Positions 39,858 to 49,679 of a stretch of 64,000 nucleotides of DNA are shown piece by piece. This stretch comes from a virus. Its lineage: Duplodnaviria > Caudoviricetes. The notes under the pieces are model-generated. The model saw nothing but the letters and a program-made list of their open reading frames with translations. It ran no database searches and was not told where the DNA came from. The position numbers and the translations under genes are program-made. The stretch is from the IMG/VR virus record IMGVR_UViG_2890910346_000001; one strand, 5' to 3'. Within the stretch, counting starts at the first letter, position 1. Every line of letters starts with the position of its first letter.

Positions 39858-41777
39858 TCACTCTTTTTTATAAAATTCACAAGTATAGCCATCTGCATCT
39901 AAAATCAACCCAGTTGCCCACGGTGGTACTTGACTCATGATGCAACAGATGTCATCTAAAGAAGCGTTTGTTGCTTCAATAATGACTTCATCATGGACAT
40001 GCGCAACAATTTGATAGTCTTTTAAGTTCATCATGGCATACATCAAAATATCTCGTGCAATCGCTTGAACAATATTTTCAACAAACTTTGGTCCGTAGCT
40101 TTCAATACGCTCCCATTTTTTAGTTGCACCTACACCATCATAGGTGACAGACTCTCCACCGAATGTATTCTCACCAATACGTGGTTTTATATAGGTTAGT
40201 TTCCGTCCACTTGGCAGATGAATGAAAAGCATACCACTTTGGTAACTGAACGTTATCCCATGCGTTCGAGTGATCCTTCTTTCTTTAACCGTTTCTTTGA
40301 CACACTTATCAACTGCCCACCATAACTGCACGATATTTGGATTAGATCCTCGCCACGCATTCACAAGTGGTTGAAGTTCTTCTGGTTTAAGCCCCGTTTC
40401 AAGAGCACCCATCGCAGTTAAAGCTCCAACTGAACCACCGTAACCACAGGCTAATTCGGCAATCTTCCCTTTCTGCCTTAATTCACTGTTCACTCCGTGT
40501 TTTTCAACAGGTACACCAAACATCTGACTTGCCGACATACAATAAATGTCTCCACCTTGTTTAAATAGATCCTCTCGCCACGTTTCTTTGGCTAACCATG
40601 CGATAACGCGCGCTTCAATCGCTGAGAAGTCTACGACATAAAACAACCCATTCGGGATAAACGCTGTCCGAATCAATTCGGATAAAACGTTAGACGTATC
40701 ATCATAAAGGATACTCAACGCTTCCATGTTGCCTTGTTTGACAAGTGCTCTTGCTTCTTTTAAATCGGATATGTGGTTCTGAGGAAGATTTTGTAGTTGT
40801 ACCAATCTGCCACTAAATCGCCCAGTACAATTCGCACCTAGAAACTGAAACATGCCTCGACAACGATTATCCTTACAAGCCACATCTTGCATGGCTTGAT
40901 ATTTTTTAACAGATGGTTTGGCGAGTTGTTGTCTTAGTTGCAATACTCTATTGACTGTACCGGTCGTGGTTTCAAGCAATGTATTGACTGCCTTTTTATC
41001 TAAACTGCTAACGTCTAATCCCTGGTCGTTTAACCACTGTGATAATTGTATGACTGAATTGGGATTATCTAAATGGGTAAGGCGTTGTTGTTCTGCTAAT
41101 AACAAACATCGATTTTGTTCATCTATTTGAATAGCTTGTTGGACAAAATCACGATCAATTTGAATACCACGGTCATTAATGCTTTGATCTAATACATACT
41201 CATCCCATATAAAGTCTGGTACTTGAAACTTGTTTAGTTTGTTGGCTATCGCCATTTCAACTGCCACATCACGTTTATTATAGGCTTTAAATTGTATCCA
41301 TTTATCCTCATCATGATAAAAGAAGTTTCGTGTTCTGTGTCCATTTGTCTTTGTTGGTTGGCATGGTACACAAAAATATCGGATGAACTCTTTGCCTGTT
41401 TTTAGCTTTTGTTCGTCTAATCCTAAAACTGCTCCCACTCCTTCAAGAGATAAAGGTAACCCCATGTAAGCAGACCACACCATCGTACATCGCCAAGCAG
41501 ATGGATTTAAATAAACACCTAAATACCGAGATAAACATACCCGTTCAAACTGTGCATTAAATGCCCATTTCAAAACCGTATCATCTTTTATGGCGTCTAT
41601 AATCTCTTGTGGGATTGTTTCACCTCTTGCCAAATCAACCACTTGCACATCCCCGTCATCTACTGCATAGGCAAAAAGGAGGACGTCAAAGTCCTCACTC
41701 TCTGCGTATTTGTAAACACCTGATTTCGTCAAGTTCACACTAGAAAACGACTCAATATCAATGTTTAGCTTTCTCAT
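39858..41777 (-). CDS. Phage family-A DNA polymerase
   Basis: N-terminal exonuclease IDIE; motif A DFSAIEAR, motif B RQKGK..ELACGYG, motif C HVHDE. Confidence 0.95.
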   Translation of the reverse strand: MRKLNIDIESFSSVNLTKSGVYKYAESEDFDVLLFAYAVDDGDVQVVDLARGETIPQEIIDAIKDDTVLKWAFNAQFERVCLSRYLGVYLNPSAWRCTMVWSAYMGLPLSLEGVGAVLGLDEQKLKTGKEFIRYFCVPCQPTKTNGHRTRNFFYHDEDKWIQFKAYNKRDVAVEMAIANKLNKFQVPDFIWDEYVLDQSINDRGIQIDRDFVQQAIQIDEQNRCLLLAEQQRLTHLDNPNSVIQLSQWLNDQGLDVSSLDKKAVNTLLETTTGTVNRVLQLRQQLAKPSVKKYQAMQDVACKDNRCRGMFQFLGANCTGRFSGRLVQLQNLPQNHISDLKEARALVKQGNMEALSILYDDTSNVLSELIRTAFIPNGLFYVVDFSAIEARVIAWLAKETWREDLFKQGGDIYCMSASQMFGVPVEKHGVNSELRQKGKIAELACGYGGSVGALTAMGALETGLKPEELQPLVNAWRGSNPNIVQLWWAVDKCVKETVKERRITRTHGITFSYQSGMLFIHLPSGRKLTYIKPRIGENTFGGESVTYDGVGATKKWERIESYGPKFVENIVQAIARDILMYAMMNLKDYQIVAHVHDEVIIEATNASLDDICCIMSQVPPWATGLILDADGYTCEFYKKE

Positions 41778-41880
41778 TTAATTGTTCCTTTACATACAAA
41801 TACAAATCTAATAATCGTTTGACCACAAACTCCACAACTAAAACACCCACTGCCACCAAGATAAAGTTTTCCATGCTCAT
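41758..41880 (-). CDS. Small single-TM peptide (40 aa), not in the ORF track
   Basis: Manual translation MSMENFILVAVGVLVVEFVVKRLLDLYLYVKEQLNEKAKH; ATGA-coupled to the upstream peptide. Confidence 0.5.
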   Translation of the reverse strand: MSMENFILVAVGVLVVEFVVKRLLDLYLYVKEQLNEKAKH

Positions 41881-42002
41881 TTTCTTTTTCTCCCTTTCCA
41901 CTTGTCAATCCAGTCACACATAATATGTATCCACGATGCGATAACAATAGCCACCGCCACACCAAAACACATCATGAGCATAAATCTATCCATCTCTGTC
42001 AT
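41877..42002 (-). CDS. Small single-TM peptide (41 aa), not in the ORF track
   Basis: Manual translation MTEMDRFMLMMCFGVAVAIVIASWIHIMCDWIDKWKGRKRK; ggagg RBS. Confidence 0.6.
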   Translation of the reverse strand: MTEMDRFMLMMCFGVAVAIVIASWIHIMCDWIDKWKGRKRK

Positions 42003-42015
42003 GTCACATTCCTCC

Positions 42016-42555
42016 CTAAGCTAAGAAATCATCATCTGTAATAGTGGTGAAATCATCACTCGCACTACTACGTCCACCTAAGGGTTCACCGTCTTTTACT
42101 TTTTGGATGTTTCCTAAACCACAAGCAATTCCTTTGTTGCCGTTAGAATTAAATGCATAGAATGATAATGACACACGCGCGTAACATCCAGAATATACGT
42201 CATGACGATCCAAAATTGGCTGTACATTCATATCCACGATTTGTGGTTTGGTTAGTGAGTTCGCATTAATAAAGTAATGCCCTTTATACGCTTCATCGTC
42301 ACGTTCGATATCTCCATCACGAAGGGGCGTTTTAATGGCTGCTTTATTCGGTTTCTTACCACCAAACTTCGCAATCCCCTCTTCAATAGCTGCATCGATG
42401 GCTTGTTCGATTTTCTGTAAAGTAGCTAAGTCATCTTTAGGAATTAATACGGACACTGAATATTTTTCAGCACCACCATTAATCGACTTAGGTTCCCACC
42501 CATTAAAATAAGATAATCTTGTATTTAATCCTGTGATTACTTTTGTTTGTTTCAT
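42016..42555 (-). CDS. DUF2815 ssDNA-binding protein
   Basis: RLSY..WEPKS, KYSVSVLIPK, YSGCY.R and GLGNIQK motifs; acidic DDDFLA tail. Confidence 0.88.
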   Translation of the reverse strand: MKQTKVITGLNTRLSYFNGWEPKSINGGAEKYSVSVLIPKDDLATLQKIEQAIDAAIEEGIAKFGGKKPNKAAIKTPLRDGDIERDDEAYKGHYFINANSLTKPQIVDMNVQPILDRHDVYSGCYARVSLSFYAFNSNGNKGIACGLGNIQKVKDGEPLGGRSSASDDFTTITDDDFLA

Positions 42556-42556
42556 A

Positions 42557-43681
42557 TTATTTTTCCTCCGTAAATTCATCTTTTGCTTGTGTTAGATTGA
42601 TTGCTCTACGCTTATCACTTTCTGGTACTAATACAGGTGTTCCAGCAGGTTTGACAATCAGTGTTTTAAATAGTTCTTCAAATGTTGTTTTACCCATTAA
42701 CTTTTGTAAATCGGTCATAGACAATAGGGATTGTTTATAAATATTATCATACCCATTTGCTTTTGCGATTTGTGCGACTTTTTCTTCATCCGTAAATTTG
42801 CGAACCGTTCGACCTGCCACTAATTTGAAACCGTCCCATGCCTTGCCACTTTTAATCGCTACTTCAGTTGCATACGCTTTAACTTCAGTTGCCCACTTAG
42901 CTAAATCATCCACATGATGAAGGACTTCTTCCACTTCGGCATCGGTTAATAAATGTGGCGACTTCAATTCAAAACGGTCTAACTTTTTATGGTGGTCATA
43001 CCTGGCACGCAGTACGACACCACAATTTGAAAACTGACACCAAGGTCCATACTCAATGACACCTTTGCCTTCAAATGCCAATTCAGCTTTTTCTTTCAGT
43101 TCTGTTTCTGCCCATTCCATCAATTTTTTGGTTGACATCGTATCTGTTGATACATTATATTTTCTCGGTTGAAAGATGGTCATCACCACTTCTTCCATGT
43201 CATATAAGGCGTCATATAATTTTAATGCCCCTAGTGCATACAGTTTCATCTGTGGATTATCAACTGCCGATACGTCAACACCACGTCCATACTTAAAGTC
43301 AATAATGTGTATTTTTTTATCCGACACGATGACACAATCCCCCGTACCAAATCCTTCTGGCACATAGTCTGAAAAGTCCAGACGTTGTTCAATGAGTACA
43401 ATCGGATCTTTGGTTGATTGTTTGATGATGTCAAGTTGTTCTAAAATGTAAGTCACATAGTCATCAGTATATTCATCCAGTTCTTTATCTGTCACTTGAA
43501 TGGTTTTGTGCGACATTCCTAGTGATTTTCTAAGTTTATTTTCTGCCACAGCATGTGCTAGTGTCCCCTCATGTGCTGCTTCACTGGTTTTGTTTTCAAA
43601 ATACGACTCTAGCCTAGGCAATGGTGGACATGTTAACCAACGATGACTGCTTGATGCCGATAATAAAGCGTGGTTATTCAT
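42557..43681 (-). CDS. DUF2800 PD-(D/E)XK exonuclease
   Basis: HALLSASSSHRW..CPP, FGTGDC, IIDFKYG and NPQMKLYALGA motifs. Confidence 0.88.
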   Translation of the reverse strand: MNNHALLSASSSHRWLTCPPLPRLESYFENKTSEAAHEGTLAHAVAENKLRKSLGMSHKTIQVTDKELDEYTDDYVTYILEQLDIIKQSTKDPIVLIEQRLDFSDYVPEGFGTGDCVIVSDKKIHIIDFKYGRGVDVSAVDNPQMKLYALGALKLYDALYDMEEVVMTIFQPRKYNVSTDTMSTKKLMEWAETELKEKAELAFEGKGVIEYGPWCQFSNCGVVLRARYDHHKKLDRFELKSPHLLTDAEVEEVLHHVDDLAKWATEVKAYATEVAIKSGKAWDGFKLVAGRTVRKFTDEEKVAQIAKANGYDNIYKQSLLSMTDLQKLMGKTTFEELFKTLIVKPAGTPVLVPESDKRRAINLTQAKDEFTEEK

Positions 43682-43967
43682 GACCTAATCCCTCCGCTTT
43701 CTTTAAAAGTGTAGGGTAATCTTGAGGTTTTACGTCACTTAACTTAGTCGCACCACATGCCGTGATGATCGCTTTGATTTCTTTGGTAAATCCTAATCGA
43801 CTCTTATCCGCTAGTACCGCTCGGACATCTTCTAGTTTAATCTCTTGAACCGATGACTCCTTTGTTTGTGTCAATAAAGATGCCAAGTCAGCCTTAATAA
43901 CCATCAGTTGGTTAATGTGTTGGTCTAAGTCCAAGATGATTTGATCCAGTTGTTTTGTTTTTGCCAT
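43674..43967 (-). CDS. Conserved phage early protein
   Basis: LEDVRAVLADKSR.G..EIK..I..CGA.KLS pattern; synteny. Confidence 0.7.
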   Translation of the reverse strand: MAKTKQLDQIILDLDQHINQLMVIKADLASLLTQTKESSVQEIKLEDVRAVLADKSRLGFTKEIKAIITACGATKLSDVKPQDYPTLLKKAEGLGHE

Positions 43968-44085
43968 TGACGTGTTCTCCTTTCTTAACTAACATACCAT
44001 TTACTCTTTTAGTAATACGTTGATTGACTTCGTGAATTGACATCAACACTTCTGTTATGTCATCGTTAATCGTTTTTCCCATCAT
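43912..44085 (-). CDS. Small hypothetical protein (57 aa), not in the ORF track
   Basis: Manual translation MMGKTINDDITEVLMSIHEVNQRITKR...; aaggagg RBS. Confidence 0.5.
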   Translation of the reverse strand: MMGKTINDDITEVLMSIHEVNQRITKRVNGMLVKKGEHVNGKNKTTGSNHLGLRPTH

Positions 44086-44130
44086 GAAGGTTCCTCCTTT
44101 CTAAGAAGCACTTGCCTCTCGAAAGTAATC

Positions 44131-44155
44131 GGACACTTCTGATGAGTTTAAGTAC
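44131..44155 (-). promoter_or_regulatory. GTACTT-N15-GTCC motif overlapping the sigma-gene stop codon
   Basis: aGTACTTaaactcatcagaagtGTCC. Confidence 0.7.
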
Positions 44156-44673
44156 TAGTTTTCTAAAAAATGTAATTTTAATGTTTTAATGGCATTCGTT
44201 TTTCGTTTATTCACGCCTTTTTGGCTCATGCCAACTTCTTTGCCTATAGCCGATTCCGAATATCCTTGACTAAAAAGCAACATAATCTTCTGGTCGAGTT
44301 CACTCAGTTTTTCTAATTGTGCTTTCAATTCAGATAGCAATTCTTTTTTCATAATATCGTCTTCTACACGAGATGGGTCTATAATGTCTAAGTCATACGC
44401 TTCTTTAACATACTCAACAGATACTTGTGTCATACCACGTTCTTCAAAATAGGCTTTTTTACGTTCTTCTTGTTTCAATTCGCGCCAAATCGGACGCATG
44501 TATGCGTCATATTCTTCTTTTGTACACGGAATAAGAATCACTCTCTTGGTAATATTCCCTATTTTCCACCATCTGACATCTTCTAATGTATAGCCTTTAG
44601 CCTTAATGAACCGTTTATCTTCTTCTGGATTTACTTCCATTGGGATATAGTGTTGTTTCTTTAAATTTTCCAT
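44155..44673 (-). CDS. Sigma-70 region-4 (ECF-like) transcription factor
   Basis: LSELDQKIMLL.F.QGYSE..IG..VGMSQ.GVNKR HTH. Confidence 0.85.
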   Translation of the reverse strand: MENLKKQHYIPMEVNPEEDKRFIKAKGYTLEDVRWWKIGNITKRVILIPCTKEEYDAYMRPIWRELKQEERKKAYFEERGMTQVSVEYVKEAYDLDIIDPSRVEDDIMKKELLSELKAQLEKLSELDQKIMLLFSQGYSESAIGKEVGMSQKGVNKRKTNAIKTLKLHFLEN

Positions 44674-44682
44674 TAAAATTTC

Positions 44683-44754
44683 TCCTTTGAGTTGGGATTC
44701 ATCTCAAAGGACGAGAAACAAAAAGAACCATAGTATTCAACGCACTAGGGTTCT
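44683..44754 (-). promoter_or_regulatory. Leader of the sigma gene: terminator-like hairpin plus RBS-sequestering hairpin
   Basis: 10/11-bp stem 44724-44754 followed by a T-run; perfect 9-bp stem 44683-44711 covering the aaggag RBS. Confidence 0.6.
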
Positions 44755-45074
44755 GTAACTGCACCAAATAGGCACGACAAAAACACGGAAGTGAGTTGAA
44801 TTTTTTAAGATTCTAATAAACTTTTATTGTTTATTTATCTTTTAAAATTCTTTTTACTCTCGTCCGTTCTTGTAGGCCTACTTGAACTTTTATGAGATTT
44901 TTTGTGAATTATGTGTTTACTTTCGCAAATAGTATCTTTGACCCAAGATAAATATTCGTGATATACTTTACACATAATCTTTAAGTCATAATCATTATAA
45001 TAAAAATACAAAAATAAAAACGGATAAAATAAGATACTTTCGTATCCCATGTCATCCGTTAGTAAGGAGAAAGT

Positions 45075-46049
45075 ATGGAATTTAGTAAATTTTCTCAAAA
45101 ATTTTATAAAGTGGTAACGTTTGGGCTAAGTAAAGGTCACTTTACAAAAAAATTAATTGAAGAAATTGTGAATCTACCTGAATCTAAATTACATTTACTT
45201 GACTTACAATTTGACACGTATCGAAGATATATGTCTGGTAAATCAAAAATTGACGGGTTATCAAAAAGTATAAATACATATATAGAATCAACTAGTTTTA
45301 CTAATTTCATTTTGGATTTAGATGAATCTGTTATCCTAAATTTAGCAAAAGAGTTCAAAAATGATATACCTGATATGAATATTGATGATGTCGATGATAT
45401 TGCAGATAAGATAACCGAATTATTTACTTCTATCTTGCTTAACAGAGAATACACAGTTGAAAATTCAAATAAGCCGTATTCTATAATTCAAAAACAAAAA
45501 TTATTAGAAAACCATATAGAAACTTTACATATAGGTGAAGTAAATATTCGTAAAATTAGCAACCATACACCTAACACACAAGAAAAACTAATCCCTGCTG
45601 AATTTTATAACCTAATTGTAGGTTTTCAAAATGCTACTTTTCGTGAAGGTAGTAACACAATTGGATCATTAATATTATCAAAAGATCGCGTACTCAACAG
45701 GTGGTGTGATGAAATTGTTTATCCTTTAAGTAAATTAAATATTGAATCCCGTCAATTTTTAACTTCATTAAATACTATATTTGCAAAGGATCAAGGTCCA
45801 ATAGGAGATACTGAAGGAGATTTAGCATATTTAGGTGATATTAAGAAAATTGATGTATTAGGATCTAATGTAAAAATAACATTTGAATTAAGATCATCAT
45901 TTTTACAACACGAATTATATAAAAATAATTTTGAATTAGGTATTGAAGATTTTGAACTTTACAATACGCATTGGGCTGTTAAAAATAGAGATCTTAGATA
46001 TGAGTATGAACAACTTAGGTTTGATTTAATCCCCCTAAATGAGAATTAA
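45075..46049 (+). CDS. Divergent repressor-position protein with a C-terminal CTD7-like domain
   Basis: Only plus-strand gene of the element; FYNLIV...KDR...ELYNTHWAVKNRDL resembles ABC-3C CTD7. Confidence 0.65.
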   Translation: MEFSKFSQKFYKVVTFGLSKGHFTKKLIEEIVNLPESKLHLLDLQFDTYRRYMSGKSKIDGLSKSINTYIESTSFTNFILDLDESVILNLAKEFKNDIPDMNIDDVDDIADKITELFTSILLNREYTVENSNKPYSIIQKQKLLENHIETLHIGEVNIRKISNHTPNTQEKLIPAEFYNLIVGFQNATFREGSNTIGSLILSKDRVLNRWCDEIVYPLSKLNIESRQFLTSLNTIFAKDQGPIGDTEGDLAYLGDIKKIDVLGSNVKITFELRSSFLQHELYKNNFELGIEDFELYNTHWAVKNRDLRYEYEQLRFDLIPLNEN

Positions 46050-46209
46050 CAGAGGGAAAACAACAAAAATGAGAATCAACTATAACAAACTATGGAAATT
46101 ACTGATTGATACGGATTGAAACAAGTCAAAACTACGTGAAGAAACGGAATGGATAAGTTACACTTATTAGAACCATATTATAGAACCCAAATTATACAGT
46201 CTAAAATGA

Positions 46210-46247
46210 AAAGGTAGTGACTTAACATCTGTTAAATCACTACCTTT
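46210..46247. terminator. Bidirectional terminator between convergent genes
   Basis: aaaggtagtgacttaac...gttaaatcactaccttt inverted repeat. Confidence 0.75.
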
Positions 46248-46249
46248 AT

Positions 46250-46278
46250 GAGCCATCAACCCTATTTGACATAGAGCC
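46250..46278 (-). repeat. Solo ISL3-like terminal repeat
   Basis: Reverse complement ggctctatgtcaaatagggttgatgg resembles 63848 ggctctataataaatcgtgttggtgg. Confidence 0.5.
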
Positions 46279-46300
46279 AATATTTATTGTTAAATACTTA

Positions 46301-48259
46301 CTATTTTAACTCCCTTTTTTCTTTTCGACGACTTTTGATAAACGTTAATAATCCAAAACTAATAGCTGTTATACCATGCATCATACCACCGCTTTTTGAT
46401 TCTCCTGTTTGCGGTAAAACTTTAGCTGGCGCATCAGTAGGAATATCATTTTGAACATCATTTTTCTCTTGTTGACTATCTAAAACATCATTACCTGGCG
46501 AGACGCTTCCTTCAGTTTTTTCAGTTTCTGTATTTTTTGTCACATCTTCATTAGATACTACTTCCGTTACTTTAACTGTTACTTCCACTACATCTGTTGA
46601 ATTATCTGGATACGTCACGCGTACTAATACAGCCTCTTTATCTCCTGCTGTATCAGTTTCTGGAATTTTTCCAATTACTTCTAGAGTACCATTTGAACCT
46701 TCTGGAATAGTTACTTTTTCGAAAATATCTTTTTCTGTAATCATCGTACCTTTGGGAACAATTATCCCCCCACCTTCAGGAGTGTATTTATCGCTATCTT
46801 TTTTTACAACTTCATCAGATATTACTTCCGTTACTTTAACTGTTACTTCCACTACATCTGTTGAATTATCTGGATACGTCACGCGTACTAATACAGCCTC
46901 TTTATCTCCTGCTGTATCAGTTTCTGGAATTTTTCCAATTACTTCTAGAATACCATTTGAACCTTCTGGAATAGTTACTTTTTCGAAAATATCTTTTTCT
47001 GTAATCATCGTACCTTTAGGAACAATTATCCCCCCACCTTCAGGAGTATATTTATCGCTATCTTTAACAGCTAATCGATAAACGTGTACTCTATCGCCAT
47101 TTTCAAGCTTTTTAGTTTCTAAAAGTTCATATCCATCAAACATAGTCGCTTCTTTTAATCCATATGCTTTAGAACTTAACTCTACACCATCTACTGTTTC
47201 AAAATGTGTATAGTCTATTCCAACTCGAATTTTACGCGGTTGAGTTAAATAATACTCATCGTGTACAATTGGGTCTGATTCATCATCTACATATTCAATC
47301 GAATTATTTTCATAAGCTGGTTCCTCTGTACTTGTATATGAAATAGTTCCCCAATCAAACTCAGAATTGAATTCCCCATTATGAAGTTTCTCTACTCCAT
47401 CTTTTTCAAGGCTGGCATTAATATCCTCGTATATTTTAGCTTCTGTAAATTTTTTATAATTTTCTTTTGTTACTTTGTCTATAAAATCTAACTTAGGTGT
47501 ATAACTAAATAGAAAAGCTCCCTTTTTCCCCTCTTCATCTACTAGTATTTCACCACTTTTTAAAGATTCATCTATTGAGACAATGGTATCATATGTTATA
47601 TCCCAAGCTAAGTTTGTAACTGGCATACTCCAATATTCACTATACCCATTAAAAAACATAAACCGGTCTAAATCCAAATAGTCAACCTTAGATATTGGTA
47701 AATCGGCGATATATCTATCCCTACTTATATATAGTTCACCCTCAACCAAACCAATACTAACATTATTTACTTCTTCTTCTGAAAAATCATCTTGATAGAC
47801 TAATGTCCCACGTTTGAAAAAATAGTAGTCCTCTCCTCTGAATTGATAACGATACACTGTTATTGTATCCACATCTTTGATTTTTGCTTTACGGTAGTCG
47901 AAAGTACCAGTATATACACGATAAACTTGATCAGCTGATAATTTAATTTTCTCCATACTTTTTTGCACAAATGACTCATAATTTGTTGCATCACTAAGTA
48001 ATTGTCCATGATCCGTTTTACTTTTTAGCACATACTCGCTAGCAAAAATAGTTTTTGATGCTCCATTTTCTGGTTTCGTCTCTAAGAAAGCATTAATTTT
48101 CTCTATTTCAACATCCGATACGCCACTTTCAGCATATACTGATGATACATTAGATAAAAGTACTGTACATAGCAATAATGACGATACAATAGATTTGGAA
48201 CTCAGCGAACGTTGCGAACCTTTATGTCCACTCGTCATTTTTTTGTTTTTAGACGTCAT
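46301..48259 (-). CDS. LPXTG surface protein with two Rib/alpha-like repeats
   Basis: Signal-peptide-like N-terminus; two 264-bp (88-aa) DKYTP...VTYPDNSTD repeats; LPQTG, TM helix and basic tail. Confidence 0.88.
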   Translation of the reverse strand: MTSKNKKMTSGHKGSQRSLSSKSIVSSLLLCTVLLSNVSSVYAESGVSDVEIEKINAFLETKPENGASKTIFASEYVLKSKTDHGQLLSDATNYESFVQKSMEKIKLSADQVYRVYTGTFDYRKAKIKDVDTITVYRYQFRGEDYYFFKRGTLVYQDDFSEEEVNNVSIGLVEGELYISRDRYIADLPISKVDYLDLDRFMFFNGYSEYWSMPVTNLAWDITYDTIVSIDESLKSGEILVDEEGKKGAFLFSYTPKLDFIDKVTKENYKKFTEAKIYEDINASLEKDGVEKLHNGEFNSEFDWGTISYTSTEEPAYENNSIEYVDDESDPIVHDEYYLTQPRKIRVGIDYTHFETVDGVELSSKAYGLKEATMFDGYELLETKKLENGDRVHVYRLAVKDSDKYTPEGGGIIVPKGTMITEKDIFEKVTIPEGSNGILEVIGKIPETDTAGDKEAVLVRVTYPDNSTDVVEVTVKVTEVISDEVVKKDSDKYTPEGGGIIVPKGTMITEKDIFEKVTIPEGSNGTLEVIGKIPETDTAGDKEAVLVRVTYPDNSTDVVEVTVKVTEVVSNEDVTKNTETEKTEGSVSPGNDVLDSQQEKNDVQNDIPTDAPAKVLPQTGESKSGGMMHGITAISFGLLTFIKSRRKEKRELK

Positions 48260-48289
48260 AAAATTTGTCTCCTTAATTGTAATTATTTT

Positions 48290-49273
48290 TCAAATATTAA
48301 AACCCTTTATTCCGTATTTATAAAAGTCAATCATTTCTGATTTTATACTTGGTGGAACGTTCAATTGTTGTACGACGTAATAGTAACCAACTAACTTATT
48401 ATTAATCACTTGATAGATTCTCTTCATATAGTTAATGCCTGCTTTCGTTCGTGGTACATACTGTATATTAGATGTCCAGAAAGATTGAACAAACAAACAT
48501 GTCACTAATAAATTAACTTCTCTATCTAGTTCTTCAGTAATATGCGATAGTATAAAATCAAAAACTTTATCAAGCACTAAATGCCGCTCGTCTTTTATCG
48601 ACATTATAGAATTTACATTCGTTTGATTATAATAATATAGTGGCTCATCAATATAGTAGACACCGTTTGCCCTAGCAACTAAAATTGGCCACAAAGACAA
48701 ATCTTCATAATATGAAAATTCTAAATAGCGTAATTCAGAAAATAATGCCCTCGCATACAAACCCGTATGACGAAAAGGCAATAACCACGTTGCCTCTCTA
48801 ATAGAGACATAACGACTATATTGATTTTGATAAGCTTTATGATTTCTACGGCCGTCATACATAATACAATTGGACCGACACATCTTATACCCTTTTTGAA
48901 TGCCTCCCATTAAACTAGAAATATATTCAGGCATCACCCAATCGTCAACGTCTACAAATGCAATGTACTCCCCTTTAGAAGCATCGAGTGCTATATTTGA
49001 AGCGTTACCTAAATCTGCAATATCACTCACAATCAGCCTCACTCTTGAATCTTTTTCTTTCCATTCATTAATTTTAAGAACAGAAGAATCTGTCGAACCA
49101 TTTACAACACAAATGATTTCAAGATTGGGATACGTTTGACTGGTAACAGATGCTAAACATTTATCTATAAACGTTTCGCCATTGTAAATAGGGATAATAA
49201 CAGTAATAAGTGGCTGACCCATCATTTTTTCCATCTTGTAACGAATCACTCCTAACATCTTAACCGACAACAT
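48290..49273 (-). CDS. GT2-family glycosyltransferase
   Basis: ITVIIPIYNG, CLASV..QTY.NLEII and YIAFVDVDD motifs; true start may be MEKMMG. Confidence 0.9.
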   Translation of the reverse strand: MLSVKMLGVIRYKMEKMMGQPLITVIIPIYNGETFIDKCLASVTSQTYPNLEIICVVNGSTDSSVLKINEWKEKDSRVRLIVSDIADLGNASNIALDASKGEYIAFVDVDDWVMPEYISSLMGGIQKGYKMCRSNCIMYDGRRNHKAYQNQYSRYVSIREATWLLPFRHTGLYARALFSELRYLEFSYYEDLSLWPILVARANGVYYIDEPLYYYNQTNVNSIMSIKDERHLVLDKVFDFILSHITEELDREVNLLVTCLFVQSFWTSNIQYVPRTKAGINYMKRIYQVINNKLVGYYYVVQQLNVPPSIKSEMIDFYKYGIKGFNI

Positions 49274-49300
49274 TTTTCCTTAATATAAATAATCAGTTAT

Positions 49301-49358
49301 TAGGTTATATATGTTGTTGACTGTGTCAACAACATACTATATGCGTAGTATATAGTAT
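49301..49358 (-). promoter_or_regulatory. GT2-Rib promoter with two palindromes
   Basis: TTGACA (49324-49329) inside a 12-bp-arm palindrome 49310-49336; second 9-bp-arm palindrome 49334-49358. Confidence 0.65.
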
Positions 49359-49679
49359 TGAAAACGTTTTCTTTTTTTGAAAAACTTCTTCGATATTGTC
49401 CTGGATACGAAAAAAGCGAACAAAGGATCGCTTATCTATCTTTTCAATTCAAATTACCTAACTATATTCCTTTTTCGCCTAATTCAGGCATTTTATTAGG
49501 CAATTTAATTAGTGTTTCGACAAATAACTTTAAATCATAAGCGGTTTTTTTAATACAATAAAAAAAGTGTTGATAGCTTCCTTGCGGAAGCCACCAACAC
49601 CAAATATTATAGAACCTAAAATACAGGGTTTCTTAATATACTAAAAACAAATCAGCAATTAAATTACCATGATTAAATT

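Noticed and set aside
41774-41965. ORF-track 63-aa ORF MVWRWLL...
   Set aside because: No RBS; the interval is better explained by two coupled peptides in other frames.
44835-45098. 87-aa minus-strand ORF in the immunity region
   Set aside because: Low-complexity sequence without an RBS, overlapping the repressor start; likely promoter DNA.
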